A DNA stretch of 64,000 nucleotides from Candidatus Babeliales bacterium (GTDB lineage: Bacteria > Babelota > Babeliae > Babelales > UASB340). The stretch covers positions 12,265-76,264 of the forward strand of contig JAGLWI010000003.1 of the NCBI GenBank assembly GCA_023133515.1, in the 5' to 3' direction. Below, in pieces: positions 30,994-39,313 of the stretch. Positions within the stretch are counted from its first letter, which is position 1; the number at the start of each line of letters is the position of its first letter. The notes under the pieces are model-generated. The model saw only the letters and a list, made by a program, of their open reading frames with translations. It had not been told where the DNA came from and did no database searches. The position numbers and the translations under genes are program-made.

Positions 30994-32237
30994 TCGTCGT
31001 AAATTGTTTCAGTCATAAATTTTCTTGTTTTTGTTTGATCAGGATCTAAATCAATTTTCCATTTTGTTACAATTACATTATTTCCTAAGAAATTGATTAC
31101 TGTTAAATGATTTGAGATATTTATATTCCAAAATAATGATCTTATGTTATTTGAAGGACTTTTTAAGATTTTTAAAATTTCTTTAGATTCAACATTCCAA
31201 ATTTTTATTACATCAGAATCATATGATGAAGATGCCAAAATATTTTTATATGCATTGTTCCATGATAAATTTTTAATAACATTAGAATTGAATGTATTTA
31301 ATGTTATTAGATGTTGATATTTTTGCATTATTTTTATATTTCCTTTGTTATTACTTATTGCAAAAATATTTGCATTTAAAGGATTTAATTCAAATAAATC
31401 ATTTTCTTGTTTTTTTATAATTATGTTTCTTAAATCATTGATTTCTAAATCTTCTTCAACATACCATCCTTGTTCTTCATAATAATTTGAATTTTTATTA
31501 AGTTTTGGATCTATTATTTCTATGAATTTATCATGTATTATTATGATTTCATTTCCTTTTTTACCCCACATTAGTTTATTTGAACTTAATGTTGTTTTGA
31601 ATTTTAAAGTTATTGCTTTTTTTATTGAGTTGAAATCAAAAATTTTTATTTTTCCTTTTTCAAAAACTGCTGCAATTAAATCTCTTTTAGTTGGATGCCA
31701 TGATAAATCAATTATCGATTTTGAAGATTGTATTTTTTTTATGAAAGTTATTTTATTTCTTAATTGGCAGATAAAAATGGTGTTTTCTTTTGTTGATATT
31801 GCGAATAAATCTGAAAATTGTGGATGATAAGATATACAAGAAATTTGTTGATCGTTTAAAATTTGTTTTTTTGATCTAGTATCCCAGATAGCAAGATTTT
31901 CTTTGTCATGATATTTTGCTGCTAAGATATGACTGTTTTTTTCATTTAAAAATATTTTTGTTACTAATGAATTATTATTTTTTTTGTCGGATAGAACAAT
32001 TAGAGGTTCTTTTTTATCAACATTCCAAATAACAATTTTTTCTCCATTGTGCCAACAATTATTGGTAGTATCATATGCTACAGCGATAAAATTTGGATTT
32101 TTTTTATTTATTGTGACACATATTGGTTTTAGATTTCTAAAATTTAAATTTTTTTTAATTGATTTAGAATATATTGAATTATTATGAGAAAACACATATG
32201 TAAAAAATACTAAACATGTAATTATTTTTTTTATCAT
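30990..32237 (-). CDS. Secreted WD40/beta-propeller repeat protein (eukaryote-like)
   Basis: The N-terminus is a signal-like MIKKIITCLVFFTYVFSHNNSIYS. Repeated blocks end in IWNV, IWDT, IKIFD and IKIWNV, e.g. LSWNNAYKNILASSSYDSDVIKIWNV. Confidence 0.65.
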   Translation of the reverse strand: MIKKIITCLVFFTYVFSHNNSIYSKSIKKNLNFRNLKPICVTINKKNPNFIAVAYDTTNNCWHNGEKIVIWNVDKKEPLIVLSDKKNNNSLVTKIFLNEKNSHILAAKYHDKENLAIWDTRSKKQILNDQQISCISYHPQFSDLFAISTKENTIFICQLRNKITFIKKIQSSKSIIDLSWHPTKRDLIAAVFEKGKIKIFDFNSIKKAITLKFKTTLSSNKLMWGKKGNEIIIIHDKFIEIIDPKLNKNSNYYEEQGWYVEEDLEINDLRNIIIKKQENDLFELNPLNANIFAISNNKGNIKIMQKYQHLITLNTFNSNVIKNLSWNNAYKNILASSSYDSDVIKIWNVESKEILKILKSPSNNIRSLFWNINISNHLTVINFLGNNVIVTKWKIDLDPDQTKTRKFMTETIYDD

Positions 32238-32417
32238 GAGCTGTCTCCTTTTTTAAAAAAAGTTGTTTATAAAGTTCTCAAAAAATTATAACGAATAAAT
32301 GTTTTTTTTCACAAGAAAAAATAAATAGAATAAATTTTTTGTTTGTTGTACACAAAAACTTTTTATCATGTAATACTTGTTTTAGATTGTATTTTTTAAT
32401 CTTAAAAGGAGAACTTT

Positions 32418-33815
32418 GTGAGAAAGATTGTAGTGATAGGAGCAGGATATGTTGGTCTTGTAACTGGCGCTTGTTTTGCTCAAAAAGGAAATTTTGTAAT
32501 TATTGTGGAGAAAGATGAGAATAAAGTTAAATCCTTACTAAATGGAATTGTTCCTTTTTATGAACCTGGTCTTAATCAGTTAGTTACAAAATCTATAAGA
32601 GAAAATAATATTATTTTTGTAAACAATATTTTTCAAGCTATAAAACAAAATCCTCAAGTTATTTTTTCGTGTGTTGGAACCCCATCTCTTCCAGATGGCA
32701 GTGCTGATTTAAGTGCTGTATGGACAGTTTCTCGAGAAGTTGGAAAATTAATAGATGATTATATTCTTTTTATAAATAAATCTACTGTTCCTGTTGGTAC
32801 TGCAAAAAAAGTAAAAAAAATTATAAAAGAAGAACTTGATTTACGGGGTTTAAGTTTTGATTTCGATGTTGCATCTAATCCAGAATTTTTAAAAGAAGGT
32901 GATGCTTTAAATGATTTTTTAATGCCAGATCGTGTAGTGATTGGAGTTGAATCTAAAAAAGCAGAACAAATTTTGAGCGATTTGTACAAGCCATTTTTAA
33001 AAAATCAAGATCAATTATTATTTATGAATTCAGAATCGGCAGAACTTACAAAATATGCTTCTAATTCTATGCTTGCGACAAGAATTAGTTTTATGAATCA
33101 GCTTGCGCTATTTGCAGATAAAGTTGGTGCTGATATTGAACAAGTAAAATTAGGGATGGCAAAAGATAAGCGGATCGGAGTTTCTTTTTTGAATGCAGGA
33201 ATAGGTTATGGTGGAAGTTGTTTTCCTAAAGATGTAAAAGCACTTATTCATATGGGTAAAGAGCACAATCACAATATGAGTTTAATTAAATCTGTTGATG
33301 TTGTTAATGATAATCAGAGAGATTGGTTTGTTAATCAAATTTTTAATTATTATAAAGATGAAATTTCAAAAAAAACCATTGGAATTTGGGGGCTTGCTTT
33401 TAAGCCTGAGACTGATGATATTAGATGTGCACCTTCGATTGATGTGATTGAAAACCTTTTATGTGAGGATGCAAAGGTTGTGGTTTATGATCCTGTTGCC
33501 TCTGAAAATATAAAAAAAATATTTAAAGATACAGTTGTTTTTGTAAATAGAGCATTAGATGTTTTAAGGGAATCTGATTGTTTGGTTATTCTTACCGAAT
33601 GGAAGGAATTTTTAAAACATAAACCTAATGATTTTAAAATTCTAAAGGATAAAGTTGTTTTTGATGGACGTAACTGTTTTAAGCCAATTGATATGAAAAA
33701 CAATGGGATAAAATATTTTACGGTTGGGCGAAATAGTGTTTGTGAATTTTCAAATGATTTTTGCATAGGATTTAAATCTGGTTTTGATAATAAAAAGTTA
33801 AAAAAAATTAATTAA
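32418..33815 (+). CDS. ugd: UDP-glucose 6-dehydrogenase
   Basis: Motifs are KIVVIGAGYVGLVTGACFA, NPEFLKEG and GYGGSCFPKDVKAL. The GTG start is preceded by AAGGAG at 32406-32411. Confidence 0.9.
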   Translation: MRKIVVIGAGYVGLVTGACFAQKGNFVIIVEKDENKVKSLLNGIVPFYEPGLNQLVTKSIRENNIIFVNNIFQAIKQNPQVIFSCVGTPSLPDGSADLSAVWTVSREVGKLIDDYILFINKSTVPVGTAKKVKKIIKEELDLRGLSFDFDVASNPEFLKEGDALNDFLMPDRVVIGVESKKAEQILSDLYKPFLKNQDQLLFMNSESAELTKYASNSMLATRISFMNQLALFADKVGADIEQVKLGMAKDKRIGVSFLNAGIGYGGSCFPKDVKALIHMGKEHNHNMSLIKSVDVVNDNQRDWFVNQIFNYYKDEISKKTIGIWGLAFKPETDDIRCAPSIDVIENLLCEDAKVVVYDPVASENIKKIFKDTVVFVNRALDVLRESDCLVILTEWKEFLKHKPNDFKILKDKVVFDGRNCFKPIDMKNNGIKYFTVGRNSVCEFSNDFCIGFKSGFDNKKLKKIN

Positions 33816-33835
33816 ATTCGTTTTTGAAGAGTAAC

Positions 33836-33879
33836 GATTTTTACTTTTTGAATAAATGATTTTTACTTTTTGAATAATA
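33836..33879. repeat. 22-bp tandem direct duplication (x2)
   Basis: gatttttactttttgaataaat (33836-33857) is followed by gatttttactttttgaataata (33858-33879). The pair lies 15 nt upstream of repeat copy 4. Confidence 0.85.
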
Positions 33880-33894
33880 GGATAATTAATTACT

Positions 33895-33926
33895 CGCTCA
33901 TCCTGAGCTTGTCGAAGGATGAGCGC
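33895..33926. repeat. Collapsed copy (copy 4) of the palindromic element
   Basis: In cgctcatcctgagcttgtcgaaggatgagcgc the left arm runs directly into the right-arm terminus. This forms a 9-bp stem (cgctcatcc/ggatgagcg) with a 13-nt loop. Confidence 0.8.
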
Positions 33927-33945
33927 TATTTTCTGTAGTTTTAAT

Positions 33946-35157
33946 ATGAAAAGTAATAAAAAAAAAATTCTTTATATTCATCATGGAAAAGGGTTAGGAG
34001 GAGCTCCTCTTAGTCTTTTATATCTAATTGAAGGACTTAATAAAAATATATATGATCCTGTTGTTTTATTTTTACATAATTCTGAGGCAATGGATCTTTA
34101 TAAATCTAGAGGGATTAATGTTGAAGGTCCTGTAGATATTTTGGATTTTCCTCATTCTAAAATTAGATGGTATAGATTATATCATCCACATCTTTTTTTT
34201 AAGTCAATTTTTGGGTCGTTAAAAATTTTACATAATGTTGCTGATTTTTGGTATAAAAAAATTAAACCTGATTTGGTTCATCTTAATACAAGCTCATTGA
34301 GTGCTTGGGCTTCGGTTGCTTACAAAAAAAATATTCCTGTTGTGTGGCACATTCGAGAACCATTATCAGATGGATATTTTGGAATTCGCAAAAAACTTAT
34401 AACAAATTTTGTAAAAAAATATTCAACAGTTATTATGCCAATTTGTAAAAATGATTCAAAACCATGGAAGAATAACAAAAAGGTTTGTGTTGTTTATAAT
34501 TCTGTTGATGAAAAAATTTTTGATAAAAATATATTAGTGAAAGATTTTTTGATTGAAAAAAAATTATCAAAATTTGTTCCAAAAATTTTATTTTTAGGGG
34601 GATTATCTAAAGAAAAAGGAACATTGGTTATTTTTGAAATATTTAGAAGATTATTGAATGTTTTACCTCAAGCAAAATTATTGATAGCAGGTTATTTTGA
34701 TTTATCATTAAAAAATGTTTTTAATTTAAAACGTTATTTTCCATCACAACGTTACAAGATTAAAGTTAAAAAAATATTAGGACAGGTAGAAAAATCAGTT
34801 TTATTTTTAGGTTCTGTAAAAAATGTTTCTCAAGTTATTGCTGCAAGTGATGTTATAATCGTTCCTTCGACTGTTGGGCATTTTGCAAGACCAGTTATTG
34901 AAGCCGGTTTTATGTCCAAACCTGTAGTTGTAACTAATCTTTTACCATTAGATGAGCTTGTTATAAATGGTAAAACAGGATTTTTAATTAATAAAAATGA
35001 TTATAAAGTTTGGATTGAAAAATTACATACTTTATTAATCAATAAAAAATTTAATGAAAAAATGGGAGAAAAGGCTTTTGAGTATTGTGTTAACAAATTT
35101 AATGTAGAAGATCAGGTTAAAAAAGTTGAGGATATTTATAAAAATATATTGCTTTAA
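33946..35157 (+). CDS. GT4-family glycosyltransferase
   Basis: The protein starts MKSNKKKILYIHHGKGLGGAP and contains GHFARPVIEAGFMSKPVVVTNLLPLDELVINGKTGF. The in-frame ATG at 33919 lies inside the repeat and is judged spurious. Confidence 0.75.
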   Translation: MKSNKKKILYIHHGKGLGGAPLSLLYLIEGLNKNIYDPVVLFLHNSEAMDLYKSRGINVEGPVDILDFPHSKIRWYRLYHPHLFFKSIFGSLKILHNVADFWYKKIKPDLVHLNTSSLSAWASVAYKKNIPVVWHIREPLSDGYFGIRKKLITNFVKKYSTVIMPICKNDSKPWKNNKKVCVVYNSVDEKIFDKNILVKDFLIEKKLSKFVPKILFLGGLSKEKGTLVIFEIFRRLLNVLPQAKLLIAGYFDLSLKNVFNLKRYFPSQRYKIKVKKILGQVEKSVLFLGSVKNVSQVIAASDVIIVPSTVGHFARPVIEAGFMSKPVVVTNLLPLDELVINGKTGFLINKNDYKVWIEKLHTLLINKKFNEKMGEKAFEYCVNKFNVEDQVKKVEDIYKNILL

Positions 35158-35172
35158 ATTTAATTATTAAAT

Positions 35173-36927
35173 ATGAATTTTATTAAAAAATTAAGTCGAT
35201 TATTATCAAGAAGAGAAAAAAAGATAATAATTTTTTTATTTTTTGTTTCTATTTTTGTTTCTTTAATGGAGACGTTTAGCCTTTCTTTAATTATGTTATT
35301 TGCAACTGTTGCTACTAATTTTAGTAATATTAATAGTAATAAGTATTATCAATATTTTTACTCATTTTTTAGATGTAATCACCATTATCAATTTGTAATG
35401 ATAATGGGGTCTTTTTTAATAGTCTTTTATTTTTTTAGGGGTGGAGTTATAACTTTTTTTTCATATCTTCAAAGTAGATTTTCTCAAAATAGATTTAAGA
35501 GTTTTGCGTTTAGATTTTTTCAAAATTATTTGAATTTTGAATATAAAGATTTTACTTCCAGTCACCCTGCAAAAATAAGTAGAGTTATAACTGGAGATGC
35601 AGCTCAGGTTACTTCTATTATTTCTGCAATGATGATGATTTGTTCAGAATCTTTAACTGTGATTTTTATATATTTTAGCTTATTGTATGTTAATTGGAAA
35701 ATGACTTTTGTTTTAACAGTTCTTTTAAGTGTAAAAGTTTTTTTTATAGTAAAAACATTTTCTAAAAGATTAGAAAACTTAGGAAAAGAGAGCCGTAAAT
35801 TAAGTATAAAGTTAGGCAAAGTTTTTGGAGAATCCTTTAGAAATTTTAAATTGATAAAACTTCTTTCTAATGAAAAACCGATATTAAAAAGTTTTGAGAT
35901 GGCTAGTTGGGGACTTGTAAAAGCAAACATATTAAATGCTGTTTTGCAAAATTTACCAAGAATTATTTTAGAGACTTTGGGTTTTTCTATTTTGATATCA
36001 TTAATAATGTATGTTGTTTACACATATAATGATGCTACTCGAGTTATTCCTATAATTACGATGTATGCATTTGCTTTTTATAGATTTTTGCCATCAATAA
36101 ATAAGATGCTTACTTCTTATAATCAAATAAGGTTTAATAAATCAGCAATTGATGGAATTCAGGAGTTTTTAGTTTATGATTTGGAAGATTTAGGAAATGA
36201 TAATGTTAATTTTACTAAAAATATAGAATTAAAAAACATTTCTTTTAGTTATGATGAAAATAATAAAATATTAAATAAAGTAAATCTTAAAATAACAAAG
36301 GGTCAAAGAACTGCTTTTATTGGTGAAAGTGGGGCAGGAAAAAGTACTATTGCTGATATTATTATGGGACTTTATAGGCCAGAAGAAGGATCAATTTTTA
36401 TTGATGGTAAAAAATTAGATAGAAAAAATTTAAAGGAATGGCGTAAAAAAATAGGATATATTCCTCAACAGATTTATCTTTTTGATGGTACTGTAGCTGA
36501 AAATATTGTTTTTGGTCGTGAGTATAATGAAAATAAAGTTATAGAGGTTTTGAAGAAAGCTAATATTTATGATTTTTTGTTAACTCAAGGTGGAATTTAT
36601 TCAAAAACTGGTGAAAGTGGAATTAAATTGAGTGGTGGTCAGGTACAAAGAATAGCTATAGCGAGAGCTTTATATTCTAATCCACAGGTGTTGGTTTTGG
36701 ATGAGGCTACTTCGGCTCTTGATAATGAAACTGAAACAAAAATTATGAATGAAATTTATAACTTGGAAAGAGATAAAACTTTAATTATTATTGCTCACAG
36801 ATTAAGTACAGTTGAAAGATGTGAAACGATTTATAAAATTGATAGTAAAAAAATTACTTTGGTTGAAGATTTGTATGAATTATATAATAAAAAAAGTGAT
36901 AAAAATATAAAACAAGTACAAGCATGA
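35173..36927 (+). CDS. ABC exporter, fused permease/ATPase (MsbA/PglK-like)
   Basis: It has 6 N-terminal TM segments, Walker A GESGAGKST, signature LSGGQVQRIAIARAL and Walker B LVLDEATSALD. Confidence 0.88.
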   Translation: MNFIKKLSRLLSRREKKIIIFLFFVSIFVSLMETFSLSLIMLFATVATNFSNINSNKYYQYFYSFFRCNHHYQFVMIMGSFLIVFYFFRGGVITFFSYLQSRFSQNRFKSFAFRFFQNYLNFEYKDFTSSHPAKISRVITGDAAQVTSIISAMMMICSESLTVIFIYFSLLYVNWKMTFVLTVLLSVKVFFIVKTFSKRLENLGKESRKLSIKLGKVFGESFRNFKLIKLLSNEKPILKSFEMASWGLVKANILNAVLQNLPRIILETLGFSILISLIMYVVYTYNDATRVIPIITMYAFAFYRFLPSINKMLTSYNQIRFNKSAIDGIQEFLVYDLEDLGNDNVNFTKNIELKNISFSYDENNKILNKVNLKITKGQRTAFIGESGAGKSTIADIIMGLYRPEEGSIFIDGKKLDRKNLKEWRKKIGYIPQQIYLFDGTVAENIVFGREYNENKVIEVLKKANIYDFLLTQGGIYSKTGESGIKLSGGQVQRIAIARALYSNPQVLVLDEATSALDNETETKIMNEIYNLERDKTLIIIAHRLSTVERCETIYKIDSKKITLVEDLYELYNKKSDKNIKQVQA

Positions 36928-36950
36928 TTTTTATTTAGATAGTTTTAAAT

Positions 36951-38132
36951 ATGAATAAATATTCGAAAATTTATGTAGCTGGACATCAAGGTCTTGTAGG
37001 TTCATCAATTTTAAGAGTGTTAGAAAAAAATGGTTTTAAAAATATAATTACAAAATCATTTAATGAACTTGATCTAAGAAATCAAGAATTTACTAATAAA
37101 TTTTTCAAAAAAGAAAAACCAGAATATGTTTTTTTGGCTGCAGCTAAAGTTGGTGGAATACTTGCTAATAATACTTATAAGGCTGAATTTATTTATGATA
37201 ATTTAATGATTTCGGCAAATGTAATTAATTCTGCTTATAAATTTGGTGTAAAAAAACTTATAAATTTAGGTTCCTCTTGTATTTATCCAAAACTTGCACC
37301 TCAACCTTTAAAAGAAGAGTATATTCTTTCTGATTATTTAGAACCAACCAATGAATCTTACGCAATTGCAAAAATATCTGCTATAAAGTTGTGCAGATAT
37401 TATAATGAGCAATATGGTACAAATTTTATATCTGTTATGCCAACAAATCTTTATGGACCTTACGATAATTTTAATTTAGAAACGGCGCATGTTCTTCCTG
37501 CTTTTATAAGAAAGTTTCATTTAGCAAAAATTTTAAGAAATAATGATTTGGAATTATTAAAAAAAGATTTGATAACTTATTCATTTGGTTATGGATTTGA
37601 TGAAATAAACCTTCGCCACGCTCATCCTGCCGTGCACACCGTAGCGTTTTGCGAAGGTTGTGAGTGCCGCACTTTGTGCGGTGTATTGAGTGATGATTCT
37701 GTAATAAAAAAATTACAAAAAATAGGGATTACCGCAGATTATGTAAAATTATGGGGAACAGGTTCTGCTTTTCGTGAATTTTTGTATGTAGATGAGATTG
37801 CTGATGTTCTTTTATTTTTAATGCAAAATTATGATTATAAAGATATAGGAGAGATTATAAATGTTGGTACCGGTCAAGATATACGAATAAAAGATTTAGC
37901 TAAATTGATAAAAAATATAGTTGGTTTTGAAGGTAAAATTGAATTTGATGTTACTAGTCCAGATGGTACTCCTAAAAAATTATTAGATGTATCAAAAATA
38001 AATAAATTAGGTTGGAAACATAAAATTAATTTAGAAGATGGATTGAAAAAAGTTTATTCATGGTATTTGAATAATTTGAATAAAGAAGATGATAAAGATA
38101 AGACAAGGGGTGTTTTTACAATAAGAACTTAA
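36951..38132 (+). CDS. fcl: GDP-L-fucose synthase (GDP-4-keto-6-deoxymannose 3,5-epimerase/4-reductase) with an internal insert
   Basis: Motifs are IYVAGHQGLVGSSI, LAAAKVGGI, LGSSCIYPK, YAIAKI, MPTNLYGP and LWGTGSAFREFLYVDE. At 393 aa it is longer than the ~320-aa classical enzyme. Confidence 0.85.
   Translation: MNKYSKIYVAGHQGLVGSSILRVLEKNGFKNIITKSFNELDLRNQEFTNKFFKKEKPEYVFLAAAKVGGILANNTYKAEFIYDNLMISANVINSAYKFGVKKLINLGSSCIYPKLAPQPLKEEYILSDYLEPTNESYAIAKISAIKLCRYYNEQYGTNFISVMPTNLYGPYDNFNLETAHVLPAFIRKFHLAKILRNNDLELLKKDLITYSFGYGFDEINLRHAHPAVHTVAFCEGCECRTLCGVLSDDSVIKKLQKIGITADYVKLWGTGSAFREFLYVDEIADVLLFLMQNYDYKDIGEIINVGTGQDIRIKDLAKLIKNIVGFEGKIEFDVTSPDGTPKKLLDVSKINKLGWKHKINLEDGLKKVYSWYLNNLNKEDDKDKTRGVFTIRT
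37609..37682. repeat. GC-rich in-frame insert within fcl, related to the palindromic element
   Basis: It shares cgctcatcctg (37618-37628) and ttgcgaagg (37648-37656) with the element arm. It contains the hairpin ccgcac-ttt-gtgcgg (37666-37680) and encodes RHAHPAVHTVAFCEGCECRTLCGV. Confidence 0.6.
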
Positions 38133-38171
38133 AGTAGAAAATTGAAATGCGGTGTTTGTTATGAGTTCTTT

Positions 38172-38215
38172 ATAAAATTTTATATATCTCCGCATAAAAT
38201 TTTATATATCTCCGC
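38172..38215. repeat. 22-bp tandem direct duplication (x2) abutting repeat copy 6
   Basis: ataaaattttatatatctccgc occurs twice (38172-38193 and 38194-38215). The second unit's ccgc forms the first bases of the palindromic element. Confidence 0.85.
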
Positions 38216-38275
38216 TCATCCTGAGCTTGTCGAAGGATGTAGTGTTGTATCCTTCGACAAGCTCAGGATGAGCGC
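38212..38275. repeat. GC-rich palindromic intergenic element, copy 6
   Basis: Arms are cgctcatcctgagcttgtcgaaggat (38213-38238) and atccttcgacaagctcaggatgagcg (38249-38274). They are perfect complements with a 10-nt loop. Confidence 0.9.
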
Positions 38276-38323
38276 ATGGTAATATTTATCTGTAAAAATT
38301 AGTGATTTAGAGGATATGAGAGA

Positions 38324-39313
38324 ATGTTTAACTGTAAATCAGTTCTTGTTACTGGGGGTACAGGTTCATTTGGTAAAAAATTTATAAAAATAATTCTTAA
38401 TCGTTATCCAAAAATAGAACGTGTTATTGTTTTTTCAAGAGATGAATTTAAGCAATTTGAAATGTCAAATATGCCAGAATTTGTTGGTAATAGTAAACTA
38501 CGGTTTTTTGTAGGTGATGTAAGAGATAAAGAAAGATTAAATAGAGCTTTTGATGGAGTTGATTTTGTTGTTCATGCTGCGGCATTAAAGCAAGTTCCAT
38601 CTTGTGAATATAATCCTTTTGAAGCTGTAAAAACAAATATTTTAGGAGCTCAAAATGTAATAAATGCTGCAATAGATAAAAATGTAAAAAAAGTTATAGC
38701 TTTAAGTACAGATAAAGCATGTGCGCCTGTAAATCTTTATGGTGCAACAAAGCTTTGTTCAGATAAATTATTTATTGCTGGAAATGTTTATTCTGGATCT
38801 CATGGTACAAAATTTTCTGTTGTAAGATATGGAAATGTTGCAGGAAGCCGTGGTTCTGTTATTCCATATTTTAAATTTTTAATAAAATCTGGTGCAAAAG
38901 AATTACCTATTACTGATGAAAGAATGTCAAGATTTTGGTTAAGATTAGAAGACGCTGTAGAAATAGTTTTAATGGCTTTTGAAATTATGCATGGAGGAGA
39001 GCTTTTTGTAAAAAAAATTCCTTCCATGAAGGTTATTGATTTGGCTATGGCTGTGGCACCAAATTTATCTTTAAAATATGTAGGAATTCGTCCTGGAGAA
39101 AAAATTCATGAGGTTATGATTACAAAAGAGGATGCAAGAAATACATTAGAATATGATAATTATTATGTTGTAAAACCTTCTTTTGGAATAAAAATTTTAG
39201 ATGAGAATTATAAGAATGGAAAATTAGTTAGAGATGGATTTGAATATCATAGTGGAAATAATCATGATTGGTTAACTGTTGATAAAATGAAAGTTATGAT
39301 AAATGAACTTTAA
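38324..39313 (+). CDS. pseB: UDP-N-acetylglucosamine 4,6-dehydratase (inverting), PseB/FlaA1
   Basis: Motifs are KSVLVTGGTGSFGKKFIK, VFSRDEFKQ, FFVGDVRDKERL, LSTDKACAPVNLYGATK and RYGNVAGSRGSVIP. Confidence 0.9.
   Translation: MFNCKSVLVTGGTGSFGKKFIKIILNRYPKIERVIVFSRDEFKQFEMSNMPEFVGNSKLRFFVGDVRDKERLNRAFDGVDFVVHAAALKQVPSCEYNPFEAVKTNILGAQNVINAAIDKNVKKVIALSTDKACAPVNLYGATKLCSDKLFIAGNVYSGSHGTKFSVVRYGNVAGSRGSVIPYFKFLIKSGAKELPITDERMSRFWLRLEDAVEIVLMAFEIMHGGELFVKKIPSMKVIDLAMAVAPNLSLKYVGIRPGEKIHEVMITKEDARNTLEYDNYYVVKPSFGIKILDENYKNGKLVRDGFEYHSGNNHDWLTVDKMKVMINEL

Noticed and set aside
33919-33945. ATG at 33919 as the start of the GT4 gene (MSAIFCSFN...).
   Set aside because: This ATG is created by the ggATGagcgc terminus of the palindromic element. 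The downstream ATG at 33946 gives a typical GT-B N-terminus (MKSNKKKILYIHHG).
13713-38275. Whether the repeated GC-rich sequence is a CRISPR array.
   Set aside because: The copies are kilobases apart and sit in separate intergenic gaps. Each is itself an inverted repeat rather than part of a direct-repeat/spacer series. No cas genes are present.
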